A stretch of 64,000 nt of DNA from Acidimicrobiales bacterium (GCA_965208505.1 OZ242339.1:1331876-1395875); one strand, 5' to 3'. Counted from the first letter of the stretch, positions 11,052-20,357 are shown. The notes: generated by a model from the letters alone, not told the origin. A program made the numbers and translations.

Positions 11052-11765
11052 ATGGGAACAGCAGTAATAACCGGTGCCGGTCAAGGAATCGGTCGGGCAA
11101 TCGCAATGCGTCTGGCTGCCGATGGCTACCACATTGTGGCCGTGGACCAGAGTCCCGAGACGGCGGCAGCCACTGCCGAAGCCCTCGGCGGTGAATGGCG
11201 GCAGTGCGATGTCTCCGACCCTGAATCAGTTGTGGCCTTGGCCGAGTCGCTCGATCAGGTGGACGTGCTGGTGAACAACGCCGGCATCTGGATCTTCGCG
11301 GGTCTGGACACCATGGTTCCCGCAGACGTGCGGCGGGTGCTGGAGGTGAACGTGATGGGGGTGTTCAACTGCACTCAGGCACTGGCTCCGCTGATGGGAC
11401 CGGGCTCGGCCATCGTCAACCTCTCATCCAATGCGACCTTTTCCAATTCCCCCGGAGTGGGCATCTATCCACCGTCCAAAGCGGCGGTGGACAGCTTCAC
11501 CAAGCAGACCGCCCTGGAACTGGCCCCTCGGGGCATTCGAGCCAACGCGGTCGGCCCGGGAATGATCCAGACCGAAAGCACCCAGGTCAACTACGAAGGA
11601 GATAAGGGCGAACAGCGGGCACTGGCCGTGCCGCTGGGAAGAACCGGTCGGCCCGACGACATTGCCGACGTGGTGGGCTTTTTGGCCTCCAACGACGCCC
11701 GCTACGTCACCGGCCAGGTGATCTACGTCGACGGAGGCCTCAGCGCCGGCCGGGCCGCGCTCTAG
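11052..11765 (+). CDS. SDR-family oxidoreductase
   Basis: The ATG at 11052 gives MGTAVITGAGQGIGRAIA. It has NNAG, YPPSK (YxxxK) and VGPGMI. The upstream part of the track ORF is antisense to the MFS gene. Confidence 0.9.
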   Translation: MGTAVITGAGQGIGRAIAMRLAADGYHIVAVDQSPETAAATAEALGGEWRQCDVSDPESVVALAESLDQVDVLVNNAGIWIFAGLDTMVPADVRRVLEVNVMGVFNCTQALAPLMGPGSAIVNLSSNATFSNSPGVGIYPPSKAAVDSFTKQTALELAPRGIRANAVGPGMIQTESTQVNYEGDKGEQRALAVPLGRTGRPDDIADVVGFLASNDARYVTGQVIYVDGGLSAGRAAL

Positions 11766-11796
11766 CCCCAGCCCGCGGTTGCGGCGGTGGCCGTGC

Positions 11797-12975
11797 TCAC
11801 CATGGGGAGGATTCCTCGGCGTAGACGTGGTCGGGCATCTGAAAGGTGAGGCCCTTGTCATCGAATCTCGACCCCGACAAAAGCGTCGTGAAATTATTGA
11901 AGTTGCTCTTCCCCGCGTATATCGGGAACACCCTCGACATGATGCGGTAGTACTTGGCCTGTGATCGGAGCCAGAGAAACGTGCCGCGGGAGAACTGCTT
12001 GGGGTAGTTCAGCTCGTCGGCCAGCGTGTTGCCGATGAGGGCCCGCGACACCCGGTAGACGTACAGCGCCAGCTTCCGCTGCTCGTCTCGGTTCTCGACG
12101 CCGACCACGATGGGGGCCGAGTTGATCAGCGAGTTGGCCATCGCGATGGATGACTGCTCGGGTTTCGGCTCACACATAACCCCGATCTCGAACAGCCGCA
12201 GAGCCTCAGCTTCGTCACGGAACAGGATTGACTCGGGAATCCCCATCAGGTACCCCGAGTAGCGCCATGTCGCCATGAAGCTCTCGGCCTCATCGGCGCC
12301 GTAGGTTGCTCCCAGGCTTCTCATGTGCTTGAGCAGCCGGGCGGAGAACGCGGTGATGGCAAAGCCCACATGGGCTGCACTTACCGGGGTGCCCCACGCG
12401 TCGGCATCCCAATCCTCGGAGTCTGCCAGCAGGCGCCTGATGTGCGCGTGGACAAGCCTGATCCTCACCGAGAGCTTCCACCCGTCTCCGTAGCGCTCCA
12501 GCCCGTTGGGGATGAAAATCTCGGTCATATGGCGATTGTTCTGCTGAAGGCGCCGCACCCCTTGGTCGCGGAGTCGGCCAGTGATGAAGAACGACTTGCT
12601 GATGTTGGTCGCGAATCCCTCCACAAGGGTGCCCGCGATCATCCCCCCCAGAACCATCCTCAAGTTCCGGTGGAACATGCGGACGCCCGGGGCCAGCGCC
12701 GACAGCTCAAGCCAGTCGGGCAGTGCCGATGCATGATCGAAGAGCGCTTCGACCTCAGGGGGCGCATCGGGCAGATTCTCCCCATCTGCGCTATCCATGA
12801 AGGCGGCGATGATCCGGGCTGCTTCCGATTGTTTGATGGAGGAGAGTGCCTCGCCGGCCGCATCGGCCAGGGGATCGCCGACCAAGGTGTGGGCCACGTA
12901 GTTGTCAGCCATCTTGGGCTCGATGGCGCGTGCCCGCATATAGCCCGGGCTGTCATAGGCAGTTGGCTTCTCCAT
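11797..12975 (-). CDS. MpaB/DUF2236-family oxygenase-like protein
   Basis: 392 aa with an RIRLVHAHIRRLL segment typical of DUF2236. The family is assigned from memory only. Confidence 0.5.
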   Translation of the reverse strand: MEKPTAYDSPGYMRARAIEPKMADNYVAHTLVGDPLADAAGEALSSIKQSEAARIIAAFMDSADGENLPDAPPEVEALFDHASALPDWLELSALAPGVRMFHRNLRMVLGGMIAGTLVEGFATNISKSFFITGRLRDQGVRRLQQNNRHMTEIFIPNGLERYGDGWKLSVRIRLVHAHIRRLLADSEDWDADAWGTPVSAAHVGFAITAFSARLLKHMRSLGATYGADEAESFMATWRYSGYLMGIPESILFRDEAEALRLFEIGVMCEPKPEQSSIAMANSLINSAPIVVGVENRDEQRKLALYVYRVSRALIGNTLADELNYPKQFSRGTFLWLRSQAKYYRIMSRVFPIYAGKSNFNNFTTLLSGSRFDDKGLTFQMPDHVYAEESSPW

Positions 12976-12998
12976 GGAAAGTCTATGAAAGCTTACAA

Positions 12999-13014
12999 GG
13001 GGGGGGGGGGGGGG
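12999..13014. repeat. Homopolymeric G16 (C16 on the minus strand) tract
   Basis: Counted directly. It lies 24-39 nt upstream of the MpaB-like start codon on the minus strand and 40 nt downstream of the oxidoreductase stop. Confidence 0.95.
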
Positions 13015-13053
13015 ATAGCAGTTCTAGGCCTGTTGTCCCCCTTGGCCGACTGC

Positions 13054-14418
13054 CTATGCGGGCCGGGATGCCAGCATCTCAGCGACCTCCTCGGCCGTGT
13101 CGACGCCGCTGGCCACAGCACCGTTGACAATAGGCGACCGCATGTAATCGCCTGCAATGAAGAGGTTCTTCACATCCTGTTTGAGTTGGCTGCGCATTTC
13201 CAGAATGGCGGTGAACATTCCGGGCTGTCCCATACAGACAGCCTCGTTCCATCGGTAGACACGGGTGAAAAGCACATCGTCGTCGTTGGGGATCGCGGAG
13301 CCGGGAGGGGCGTTGCGGCGGGCGTCGCCGAGCATCTGCCGGACGATTTCCTCATCGTCGAGCGGGAACAGCTCTTCGGCGCGGTCTCTCCCCACCCAAA
13401 GATCAAGTGTGCTCTTGCCGGGCGGCGCGCATTCGGGCAGGTTGACGGTGCGGTCCAGCAGCGCCGGAGTGTTGTCCTCGGGGTACAGCGCAACACTCCA
13501 ACCGGCAGGAAGCGGCCGATGGTTGAGTCCAACCACCACTCGGATGCCGCGCGAGTAGTTCACCTTGCTGAGTGCGTGGCGAATGCTCGGTGACAGGTCC
13601 GGCATGATTTCGAGTGCCTTGGTAGCCGGTACCGCACAAATGACGGCGTCTGCCCCGATACGCTCGCCATCACCGGTGATCACACCGGTCGCCACGCCGT
13701 CTTCGATCACAATACGCCTCACCGAAGTGGAGAGGCGGATGCCTCCCCCCAATCTGTCAGCCAGGGCGTATGACAGCGCACTGCACCCTCCCTGTGGGAC
13801 GTAGAGTTGGGTTGGCTTGAACAGCACCTCGCCCAGAAACACCCGGATCCAGGTTGCCCCGAACTGTTCGGGGTAGCCCATCGTCAATTCCAGGAAACCC
13901 TCCAACGTGACCCTTAGATGCTTGGGCACGCTGAGTCTGTCGAGGAAGTCGCCGTAGGTTTCCTCCCCGTCCAGTTCGGCAATCTTGTGGTCGCTGGCAT
14001 AATTCAGATACTGGGCATCGGCCCGGAGGCCCTTGGCCAGTTTCAAGGTGGGCCAGATTCCCCGGGGAGACAGGAGTCCCAAGGTCCAGAACGGTCGAAT
14101 GTTCTTGAGCAAGGTGCCGAGAGAGTCGATCGGGGTGGTGACAACCCAGCGTCCGTGCCGATACCAGCCGATATCCATCTTGGTGCGGATAATCGGCAGG
14201 CCCAACTCCTCGCAAATGCGAAAGGTGACGTCGTAGGAGGAAGGGAAGAAGTCGGCGCCCTTGTCCGTCGAGAACCCATCGACTCTGTCGCCGCCCATGC
14301 GTCCGCCGACCTGGTCGCCGGCCTCGAGGAGGAGGGGGTCGAGCCCGTGCTTTTGGAGGGTGAATCCTGCGCTCAGTCCAGCGGCCCCTCCACCAACGAT
14401 TACAACTTTCCTTGCCAT
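13054..14418 (-). CDS. NAD(P)/FAD-dependent oxidoreductase (amine oxidase / phytoene desaturase-like)
   Basis: N-terminal dinucleotide fold VVIVGGGAAGLSAG...LLEAGDQVGGR and C-terminal FIAGDY. Length is 454 aa. Confidence 0.8.
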   Translation of the reverse strand: MARKVVIVGGGAAGLSAGFTLQKHGLDPLLLEAGDQVGGRMGGDRVDGFSTDKGADFFPSSYDVTFRICEELGLPIIRTKMDIGWYRHGRWVVTTPIDSLGTLLKNIRPFWTLGLLSPRGIWPTLKLAKGLRADAQYLNYASDHKIAELDGEETYGDFLDRLSVPKHLRVTLEGFLELTMGYPEQFGATWIRVFLGEVLFKPTQLYVPQGGCSALSYALADRLGGGIRLSTSVRRIVIEDGVATGVITGDGERIGADAVICAVPATKALEIMPDLSPSIRHALSKVNYSRGIRVVVGLNHRPLPAGWSVALYPEDNTPALLDRTVNLPECAPPGKSTLDLWVGRDRAEELFPLDDEEIVRQMLGDARRNAPPGSAIPNDDDVLFTRVYRWNEAVCMGQPGMFTAILEMRSQLKQDVKNLFIAGDYMRSPIVNGAVASGVDTAEEVAEMLASRPA

Positions 14419-14465
14419 CCAAGGGGAAGCATATAGGTCATCCGCCGCTGGCCTAGGATCCGGCT

Positions 14466-16793
14466 ATGTACACGTCCATTTCCCGATGGTGCTTCCGGCA
14501 TCCCTGGCGCGGATTAGCAGTCTGGCTCGCTGCTCTCTTGTTGATTGCCGGTATCTCTGGAAGCCTCGGGGCTTCCTACAGCGGCGAACTCGCCATTGCC
14601 GGCACCGAGAGCCACTCTGGCAGCGAGATTCTCAAAGACCATTTCGGGGGTGTCGGCGCCGGGCCCGGAGGGACTGTTGTCTTCCGGGCTGAGCAGGGCA
14701 TCGACGACCCAGCAGTGCAGACCGCGCTGAGCGAGCTGCTGACCAGAGTCGACGCCCTCGAGGGCACCACGGTCATCTCGCCCTACGGTCCGGGAGGGCA
14801 GTACCGCATCGCCCAGCAAGGTGGTGAGGCCGGGCTGATCGCCTACGCCGACGTGAGCCTTCCGCCCGGGACCAGCGGCACCGATGCGCAGGAGGTGGGC
14901 GCCGAGATCGAGGACCTCATCGAGGAGCTCGATCTCCGGTCGATGGAGGGCCTCGATGTGGAGGTCGGCGGTGTTTGGTTCGCTGAGCTCCAGCCGCCTG
15001 AGTCGGAGGCTATTGGGCTCGCCTTCGCCATTTTCGTGCTGATCGCGGTGTTGGGCTCGGTAGTAGCCATGGGTGCCACCATTGGCGCGGCCCTCATAAC
15101 GGTGGGTATCGGCACGGCTGGAATCGTGGTCTTGAGCAACATCATCACGGTGCCGGACTTCGCGCCCGCCATCGGCTTGATGATCGGCTTGGGGGTGGGT
15201 ATCGACTACGCCCTGTTCATTATCACCCGCTACCGCGATGCGCTCAGCAGCGGGCACGGACCCGAGCAGGCGCTGGCCACAGCCCTCAACTCATCCGGCC
15301 GGTCGGCCGTGTTCGCGGGAGCGACCACGGTCGCCTCCCTGCTGGTGATGCTCACGATCGGGATCCCACTCGTGAACGGTTTCGCCATAGCGGCGGCGGC
15401 CACGGTGGCCGTCGTGCTGGTGGGCTCGGTCACACTTTTGCCCGCTCTGATCGTTCTGCTCGGCGACCGGATTGCCACAACCCGCGTCCGGGGCATGGTG
15501 GTTGCGGTGCTGGTCAGCGTGGCACTGTTCGGCTTCGGTGCCGGCAGTCGACAACTCCTGGTTTTTGCCCTTGGAGCGGCTGTGATCGTGCTGGTGGCCG
15601 GACTGTTCGGGGGGGAGGGAAACCGGCTGCGACGAGTCTTGCGGCCGCGCCAGGAGAAGCCGTTGCGAGACACTGGCTGGTATCGGCTCAGCCGCAGGGT
15701 GCAGGCCCGGCCCTGGACCTTCGCCATCGGCGGCACCATCGTCTTGCTTCTCTTGGCTGCCCCGGTCTTGGATCTGAGATACGGCTTTCAAGATGAGAGT
15801 AACTTCTCTGCCGACACGACCACCCGCAAGGCCTATGACCTGACTGTCGCCGGCTTCGGACCCGGTGGCAGCGGCCCGCTGCTGGTGGTGGCCGAGGTGT
15901 CGGCACCGTCGCAGATGAATGATCTCGCCAGCCTGTCGCAGGCTCTTGGCGCCACCGACGGAGTCAGTTTTGTCACTCCTCCAATTCCGAACAACCCGGT
16001 TGCTCCGACCGCCGCGGCGATCGAGGTTAGGCCAGCCACCGGGCCCAAGACCATCGAGACCGAAGCCCTCGTAAAGGACATACGCGACACCGTTGTGCCC
16101 GCGGCCACCGCCGGGACCGGCCTCGATGCTCAAGTGACGGGTTTCACGGCTGTCAAGGTCGATGTCAGCGATTATTTGAAGGTCCGCACCCCGTTGTTCT
16201 TCATCGTGGTGCTAGGTGCCTCCTTTTTGCTGCTGATGGCCGTATTCCGCTCGCTGGTCGTGCCGCTCAAAGCGGTGATTATGAACATGCTGTCGATCGG
16301 CGCGGCTTACGGCGTGTTGGTCGCGGTGTTCCAATGGGGCTGGCTCGGCGGCCTCATTGGAGTCGAGCCCGGCCCGATCGAGCCGTTCATACCCATGATG
16401 CTGTTCGCAGTGCTGTTCGGCCTTTCCATGGACTATGAGGTTTTCCTGCTGTCGCGCATGAAAGAGGAGTTCGAGCGCACCGGCGACCCCGTCAACTCGG
16501 TGGCCGACGGCCTGGCCGCCACGGCGCGAGTCATAACTGCTGCCGCGTTGATCATGGTGTTCGTCTTCGGGAGCTTCGTGTTCGAGGACCAGCGGGCGAT
16601 CAAGATGTTCGGCATCGGCCTAGCGGCCGCGGTAGCCGCCGACGCCAGCCTGGTACGCATGCTCATAGTGCCTTCCACGATGGAACTGCTCGGCACCCGA
16701 AACTGGTGGCTCCCGGGCTGGCTCGATCGCATTCTCCCCAAGATCAATGTTGAGGGGAGCCCCCCAGAGGCCCCAGCACAGGAAACTGACTGA
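14466..16793 (+). CDS. MMPL-family (RND superfamily) membrane transporter
   Basis: 775 aa with two TM bundles. MMPL hallmark segments are GVGIDYALFIITRYR and GLSMDYEVFLLSRMKEE. Confidence 0.9.
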   Translation: MYTSISRWCFRHPWRGLAVWLAALLLIAGISGSLGASYSGELAIAGTESHSGSEILKDHFGGVGAGPGGTVVFRAEQGIDDPAVQTALSELLTRVDALEGTTVISPYGPGGQYRIAQQGGEAGLIAYADVSLPPGTSGTDAQEVGAEIEDLIEELDLRSMEGLDVEVGGVWFAELQPPESEAIGLAFAIFVLIAVLGSVVAMGATIGAALITVGIGTAGIVVLSNIITVPDFAPAIGLMIGLGVGIDYALFIITRYRDALSSGHGPEQALATALNSSGRSAVFAGATTVASLLVMLTIGIPLVNGFAIAAAATVAVVLVGSVTLLPALIVLLGDRIATTRVRGMVVAVLVSVALFGFGAGSRQLLVFALGAAVIVLVAGLFGGEGNRLRRVLRPRQEKPLRDTGWYRLSRRVQARPWTFAIGGTIVLLLLAAPVLDLRYGFQDESNFSADTTTRKAYDLTVAGFGPGGSGPLLVVAEVSAPSQMNDLASLSQALGATDGVSFVTPPIPNNPVAPTAAAIEVRPATGPKTIETEALVKDIRDTVVPAATAGTGLDAQVTGFTAVKVDVSDYLKVRTPLFFIVVLGASFLLLMAVFRSLVVPLKAVIMNMLSIGAAYGVLVAVFQWGWLGGLIGVEPGPIEPFIPMMLFAVLFGLSMDYEVFLLSRMKEEFERTGDPVNSVADGLAATARVITAAALIMVFVFGSFVFEDQRAIKMFGIGLAAAVAADASLVRMLIVPSTMELLGTRNWWLPGWLDRILPKINVEGSPPEAPAQETD

Positions 16794-16822
16794 TGGCCTC
16801 GACTAACTTTACATAACATGTA

Positions 16823-16847
16823 TTCTCAACGCTTGTGGAAATTTCTG
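16823..16847. repeat. Left copy of a 25-nt direct repeat, TTCTCAACGCTTGTGGAAATTTCTG
   Basis: Matches 25097-25121 at 24/25 positions in the same orientation. Weaker similarity extends to about 16817-16854. It sits in an AT-rich spacer after the MMPL stop. Confidence 0.9.
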
Positions 16848-17120
16848 GCAAGCATCGAATCTTCCCGTTCCTGAACGCGGTTTCAGCTATGCAAAAGGCC
16901 AGCAGTAGGTGACTGCGGCCGGCCCAAGTGAGGATGCAGGATAAATCAGATTCGGAGCCTGTCCACCAAGTGCCCACGAGCGGTCGAATGCCGACAGCGT
17001 GCGAGCCTCTGACCTGGGAGAACAGCGGAATCATGTCGATGGCCACGGAACAGCGCTGCCAGCGGTGTACACGGGGCGTCTCGCCCAGAGGGCACCAGGT
17101 GAAGAGGTCCGCGCCCGTCT

Positions 17121-18038
17121 CTACCGTGTTGGGATGGCCCTTTGGTATGGATCCCCCGCCTGGTTGGAAAACGGAGAAGGGGTGTGCGCGTGAACGACAA
17201 GAGCCTCAAACCGAGGCGCAGGCTCGAAGTCGAGGTGACGACTCAAGATGGTTGAAAGTGGCGGAGCTTCTACCATGTTGTCGCTGCCGGCTGCGCCCGC
17301 TCCGCCCTCCTCTGTGCCGACTTCCACCGTCGCAGGCAGAGTCCCCTTCAACCGCTCGTCGTGGGTGACCAGGTCCACCAGGCCCGAGTCGATGAGCACC
17401 CTGATCACCTCTAGCAGGCACTCGACTCCTTCCTCGTCGAGCATGGCCGCTCCCCCGCCGTCGATCACGCGTCGGACCTCCTCGGGGATCGCTGAGACCT
17501 TCTCGCGCAGCGCCGGCGCGCTCGCGGCCAGCTCGGATGCGACGGTGGCTTCGCCCGACTCGTCGGCCAGCGCCCCCATCCTCGCCTCCGCTGTGGCGAT
17601 CTCGGTCTCCAACTCGCGTGCGGACCGCTCCTCCCGCGACCTCGCGCGCTCGGCTTCTGAGAGGTCTCTGCGCCTGGCGTCTTCCTCCTTGCAAGCGGAC
17701 TCAGCGGCAGCACGGTCGTCGGCGCTGGACTCGGCGTCCGCCATCTTCCTCGCCGCTTCGAGGCTGGCCCTGCGCTCGTCGTCGACGAGCGCATCCACCT
17801 CGTAAACGAGGTCGTCGAACATATCCCCTACCAGCAGGTCGACGAGCTTTGTGCGGCGCTGCGAAGGGGAGAGCTCTGAGAACCTGCCCAGGTCGCCCTG
17901 GCGTGCCAAGCACGACATCTTCCACATGTCCTTGCTGCAGCCCGTCACTTTCTCGGCTTCGGCGGCGACGTGATACCCGAAGTTGTAGGCCCCGTCATGG
18001 CCGACCGCTCCCCTGCCTGCGACGCCTAAGAGTTCCCG
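17121..18038 (-). pseudogene. Fragment of an SbcC/SMC-like ATPase (lacks the Walker A N-terminus and the C-terminal ABC motifs)
   Basis: The frame is open from the TGA at ~18040. VTGCSKDMWKMSCLARQGDLGRFSELSPSQRRTKLVDLL matches the LPQGxFxxFLxAxPxxRxxxLxxL segment of SbcC/Rad50. A Glu/Arg/Ala coiled coil follows, then non-family sequence. Confidence 0.4.
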
Positions 18039-18335
18039 TCAGCCTGCCCATGCCCTCTTCGCTCCCCGTTGGTCCGCTCAGACAGCGACGCGGCGCACTA
18101 CTGCACCGCTGTGGAATGCCCTGAGCAGGCGCGGGGCTGGATAGAGCACTTCGCCGCCCGCGGCGCGCTCGACATCGAGCACCTGGACGAGCGGACGGTC
18201 GCCGCCCTCATGGAGCACGGGCTGGTGTCCGATGTGGCCGACATCTACACGCTCGACTTCGCCCAGGTGAGCGGGCTTGAGTTCTTCGACTCGGAGGCCA
18301 ACAGGCGTATCGTGGAGAAGCTCCGAGCAGTAGGT
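18030..18335 (+). pseudogene. ligA: Internal fragment of NAD-dependent DNA ligase LigA (Zn-finger / HhH region only)
   Basis: Own translation after the TAA at 18027: EFPSACPCPLRSPLVRSDSDAAHYCTAVECPEQARGWIEHFAARGALDIEHLDERTV...VADIYTL. This corresponds to the LigA CPxCGSxLxR...RCxNxxCPAQ...HFASRxAMDIEGLG region. No adenylation or BRCT domain is present. Confidence 0.6.
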
Positions 18336-18399
18336 GTGGGGCGGGTTTGTGGTGGAGTGGCAGCCCTCCACATGGCCTGATATGCCGCCCTCGTGCGCC

Positions 18400-19048
18400 C
18401 CCGTGCGGCTTGTGGGGTGCTGGCCCGCTGGGCACGAATGCCGCCCCGCGTGGCACACATTCTCAGAGATGTGGCGGTGCTCGCCGCGCGCCGTGACGCA
18501 GGCGACCACAACAGCGGGGCACACCCTCGACTCGAATCTGTGGTGGGCTTCGATCCATGTGATCGTCTTCCCGGTTTTCGCGGCCGTGCAGCCAGGCTCG
18601 GGCCGCGTGTGGTCGTAGTCCCTGCAATGCACGGCGAGGTTGTTGTGGGTGTGCTCCAAGCAGGGCGGAGGCCCGGGATCTGCTGCGGCAGGGCAGATTT
18701 TCGACCTCGGCTCGTAGTGGGCCTCCACCCAGGAGACCGTCGTGCCCGCGTTCGCGTCCGTGCAAGCGGGCCGGGCGCTCGCGTGGCTGATGGAGGCGCA
18801 ATGCGAGACGATCCCGTCGTGGTCGTGCTTGGCGCACCCCTGGGCTGCGCGGTGGGGTCGGGTGTGGATTCGGTGGTGGGCTGCGCGGTGGGGTCGGTCA
18901 CCACCTCCTTCTTCGGCTGAGGTGGGCAGGTGGAACCGCTGCCCTGGATGATCTGCGATCCGTCCCAGCAGTCGATGAACGCCCAATGGATGTGCCATTT
19001 GTTCTTCCTCACGGTTTTCGTGGAGATGGCGGTCAAGCAATGCCACAA
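18400..19048 (-). pseudogene. Cys/His-rich tandem-repeat protein gene, apparently frameshifted (3' limit uncertain)
   Basis: The N-terminus is in the frame starting at 19048 (MWHCLTAIST...TDPTAQPTTESTPDPTAQP). After ~18840 the coding-like sequence continues in the -1 frame (GCAKHDHDGIVSHC...TVSWVEAHY...ICPA / PCLEHTHNNLAVHC...TITWIEAHH...VCPA). Both segments are GC3-rich. Confidence 0.35.
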
Positions 19049-19051
19049 ACC

Positions 19052-19088
19052 GCTATGTGGGAAAAATGACTACCAGTTTTCTCGCTTA
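19052..19088. promoter_or_regulatory. 37-nt semi-palindromic element, copy 1 (GCTATGTGGGAAAAATGACTACCAGTTTTCTCGCTTA)
   Basis: Identical to 20399-20435 at 32/37 positions, counted by hand. It has internal dyad GTGGGAAAA/TTTTCTCGC arms and is AT-rich relative to its surroundings. Confidence 0.6.
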
Positions 19089-19221
19089 TGAGAGGATGAT
19101 GCCACCATGATCTTGGGTCGCGGCTGTATCGGTTGGCCGTCCTGGCGTGACCCCCTTGGTTTGGTCCACCTGTTGTGAGAGTCCGTTGTCCAGTATTGCT
19201 GGATGGAGGAGGATCACGATT

Positions 19222-19503
19222 ATGGCGAAGCGGAGGCGGCACACGCCCGAGCAGATTGTCCGCAAGCTCAGGGAGGCCGATCGGCTTTTGGGCGAGGGCG
19301 CGGGCGTCGCTGATGTGGCGCGGCGCCTGGAGGTGTCGGAGGCCACGTTTCATCGGTGGCGCAACCAGTACGGCGGTTTGAAGGCCGATGATGTGAAGCG
19401 TCTGAAGTCGTTGGAGGCCGAGAACGCCCGTTTGAAGCGGATAGTGGCCGACAAGGAGTTGGAGATCGACGCGTTGCGGGAGATCAGCCGGGGAAAATGG
19501 TGA
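19222..19503 (+). CDS. IS3 transposase OrfA (HTH)
   Basis: MAKRRRHTPEQIVRKLREADRLL...ATFHRWRNQYGG plus a leucine-zipper-like tail. Confidence 0.85.
   Translation: MAKRRRHTPEQIVRKLREADRLLGEGAGVADVARRLEVSEATFHRWRNQYGGLKADDVKRLKSLEAENARLKRIVADKELEIDALREISRGKW
19491..19497 (+). other. Candidate -1 programmed ribosomal frameshift heptamer G GGA AAA
   Basis: An X XXY YYZ pattern in the orfA frame, 4 nt before the orfA stop. orfB is in the -1 frame and overlaps this site. Confidence 0.5.
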
Positions 19504-20357
19504 GCCCGCCGCAGCGGCGCAGAGCTGTTGAGATGCTCCAGGAGCGGCTCGGGGTGTCGCAGCGGCGGGCTTGTGCGATCGCCGGCCAGCACCGGTCTGC
19601 GCAGCGGTATGAGCCGGCGGCGTTGGACCCCGACCGGGATTTGCGGGCGGAGCTGCGCGAGTTCGCGAAGAACCACTCCCGGTGGGGTTACCGGCGGGCG
19701 CATGCGGTGTTGCAGCGCGGGGGCTGGGCGGTGAACCGCAAGAAAGTCCAGCGCATATGGCGCGAGGAGGGCCTGCGGGTGCCGCCCAAGCAGCGCAAGC
19801 GCCGGCGCGCAGGGGAGTCCGACGCCGGCGCCGGCCTGCTCAAAGCCGAGCGCCCCGACCACGTGTGGGCGCTGGACTTCCAGTTCGACGTGACCTCTGG
19901 AGGCCGCCGGATCAAGATATTGCACATACTCGACGAGTTCACCCGCGAATCGCTCGCCGACCTCGTCGACCACAGCATCGACGCCGACGCCACGGTGGCC
20001 TGCTTGGACAAGGTCGCCTCGGCCAGGGGCCGGGGCCCCGAGCTCATCCGCTGCGACAACGGCCCCGAGCTCACCGCGGACGCGCTGCGGGACTGGTGCC
20101 GATACACCAGCACCAAGACCAGCTACATCGACCCGGGATCGCCCTGGCAGAACCCCTGGGTCGAGTCCTACGGCGCCCGAATGCGCGACGAGCTTTTGGC
20201 CATCGAGCAGTTCGACAGCCTCCTCGAGGCCCAAGTACTTGTCGCAGACTGGAGAAACGACTACAACACATACCGCCCGCACTCCGCGCTCGGCATGCTC
20301 ACACCAGCCGAACACGCAGACCAATGGGCGAAAAACAACCAGGAAAAACTCTCATAG
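19497..20357 (+). CDS. IS3 transposase OrfB (rve/DDE integrase domain)
   Basis: DDE candidates are WALDFQF, IRCDNGPE and NPWVESY, followed by YNTYRPHSALG. Confidence 0.85.
   Translation: MVSPPQRRRAVEMLQERLGVSQRRACAIAGQHRSAQRYEPAALDPDRDLRAELREFAKNHSRWGYRRAHAVLQRGGWAVNRKKVQRIWREEGLRVPPKQRKRRRAGESDAGAGLLKAERPDHVWALDFQFDVTSGGRRIKILHILDEFTRESLADLVDHSIDADATVACLDKVASARGRGPELIRCDNGPELTADALRDWCRYTSTKTSYIDPGSPWQNPWVESYGARMRDELLAIEQFDSLLEAQVLVADWRNDYNTYRPHSALGMLTPAEHADQWAKNNQEKLS

Noticed and set aside
16744-17046. Antisense ORFs 16744..17046(-) and 24886..25179(-) both encode an EIST(S/N)VENT peptide, which hinted at a duplicated small gene.
   Set aside because: The shared peptide is simply the translation of the 25-nt direct repeat. 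The flanking residues are unrelated and not coding-like.
16848-17120. Search for an integrase or recombinase remnant at the left end of the island.
   Set aside because: Translations in all frames showed no tyrosine or serine recombinase motifs. There is only a weak CxxC...PxGH look-alike in an off-gene frame.
18078-18400. The 3' third of ORF 18078..19046(-) as part of the Cys/His-repeat protein.
   Set aside because: This portion is exactly antisense to the ligA fragment and loses the repeat pattern. The open frame is probably fortuitous.
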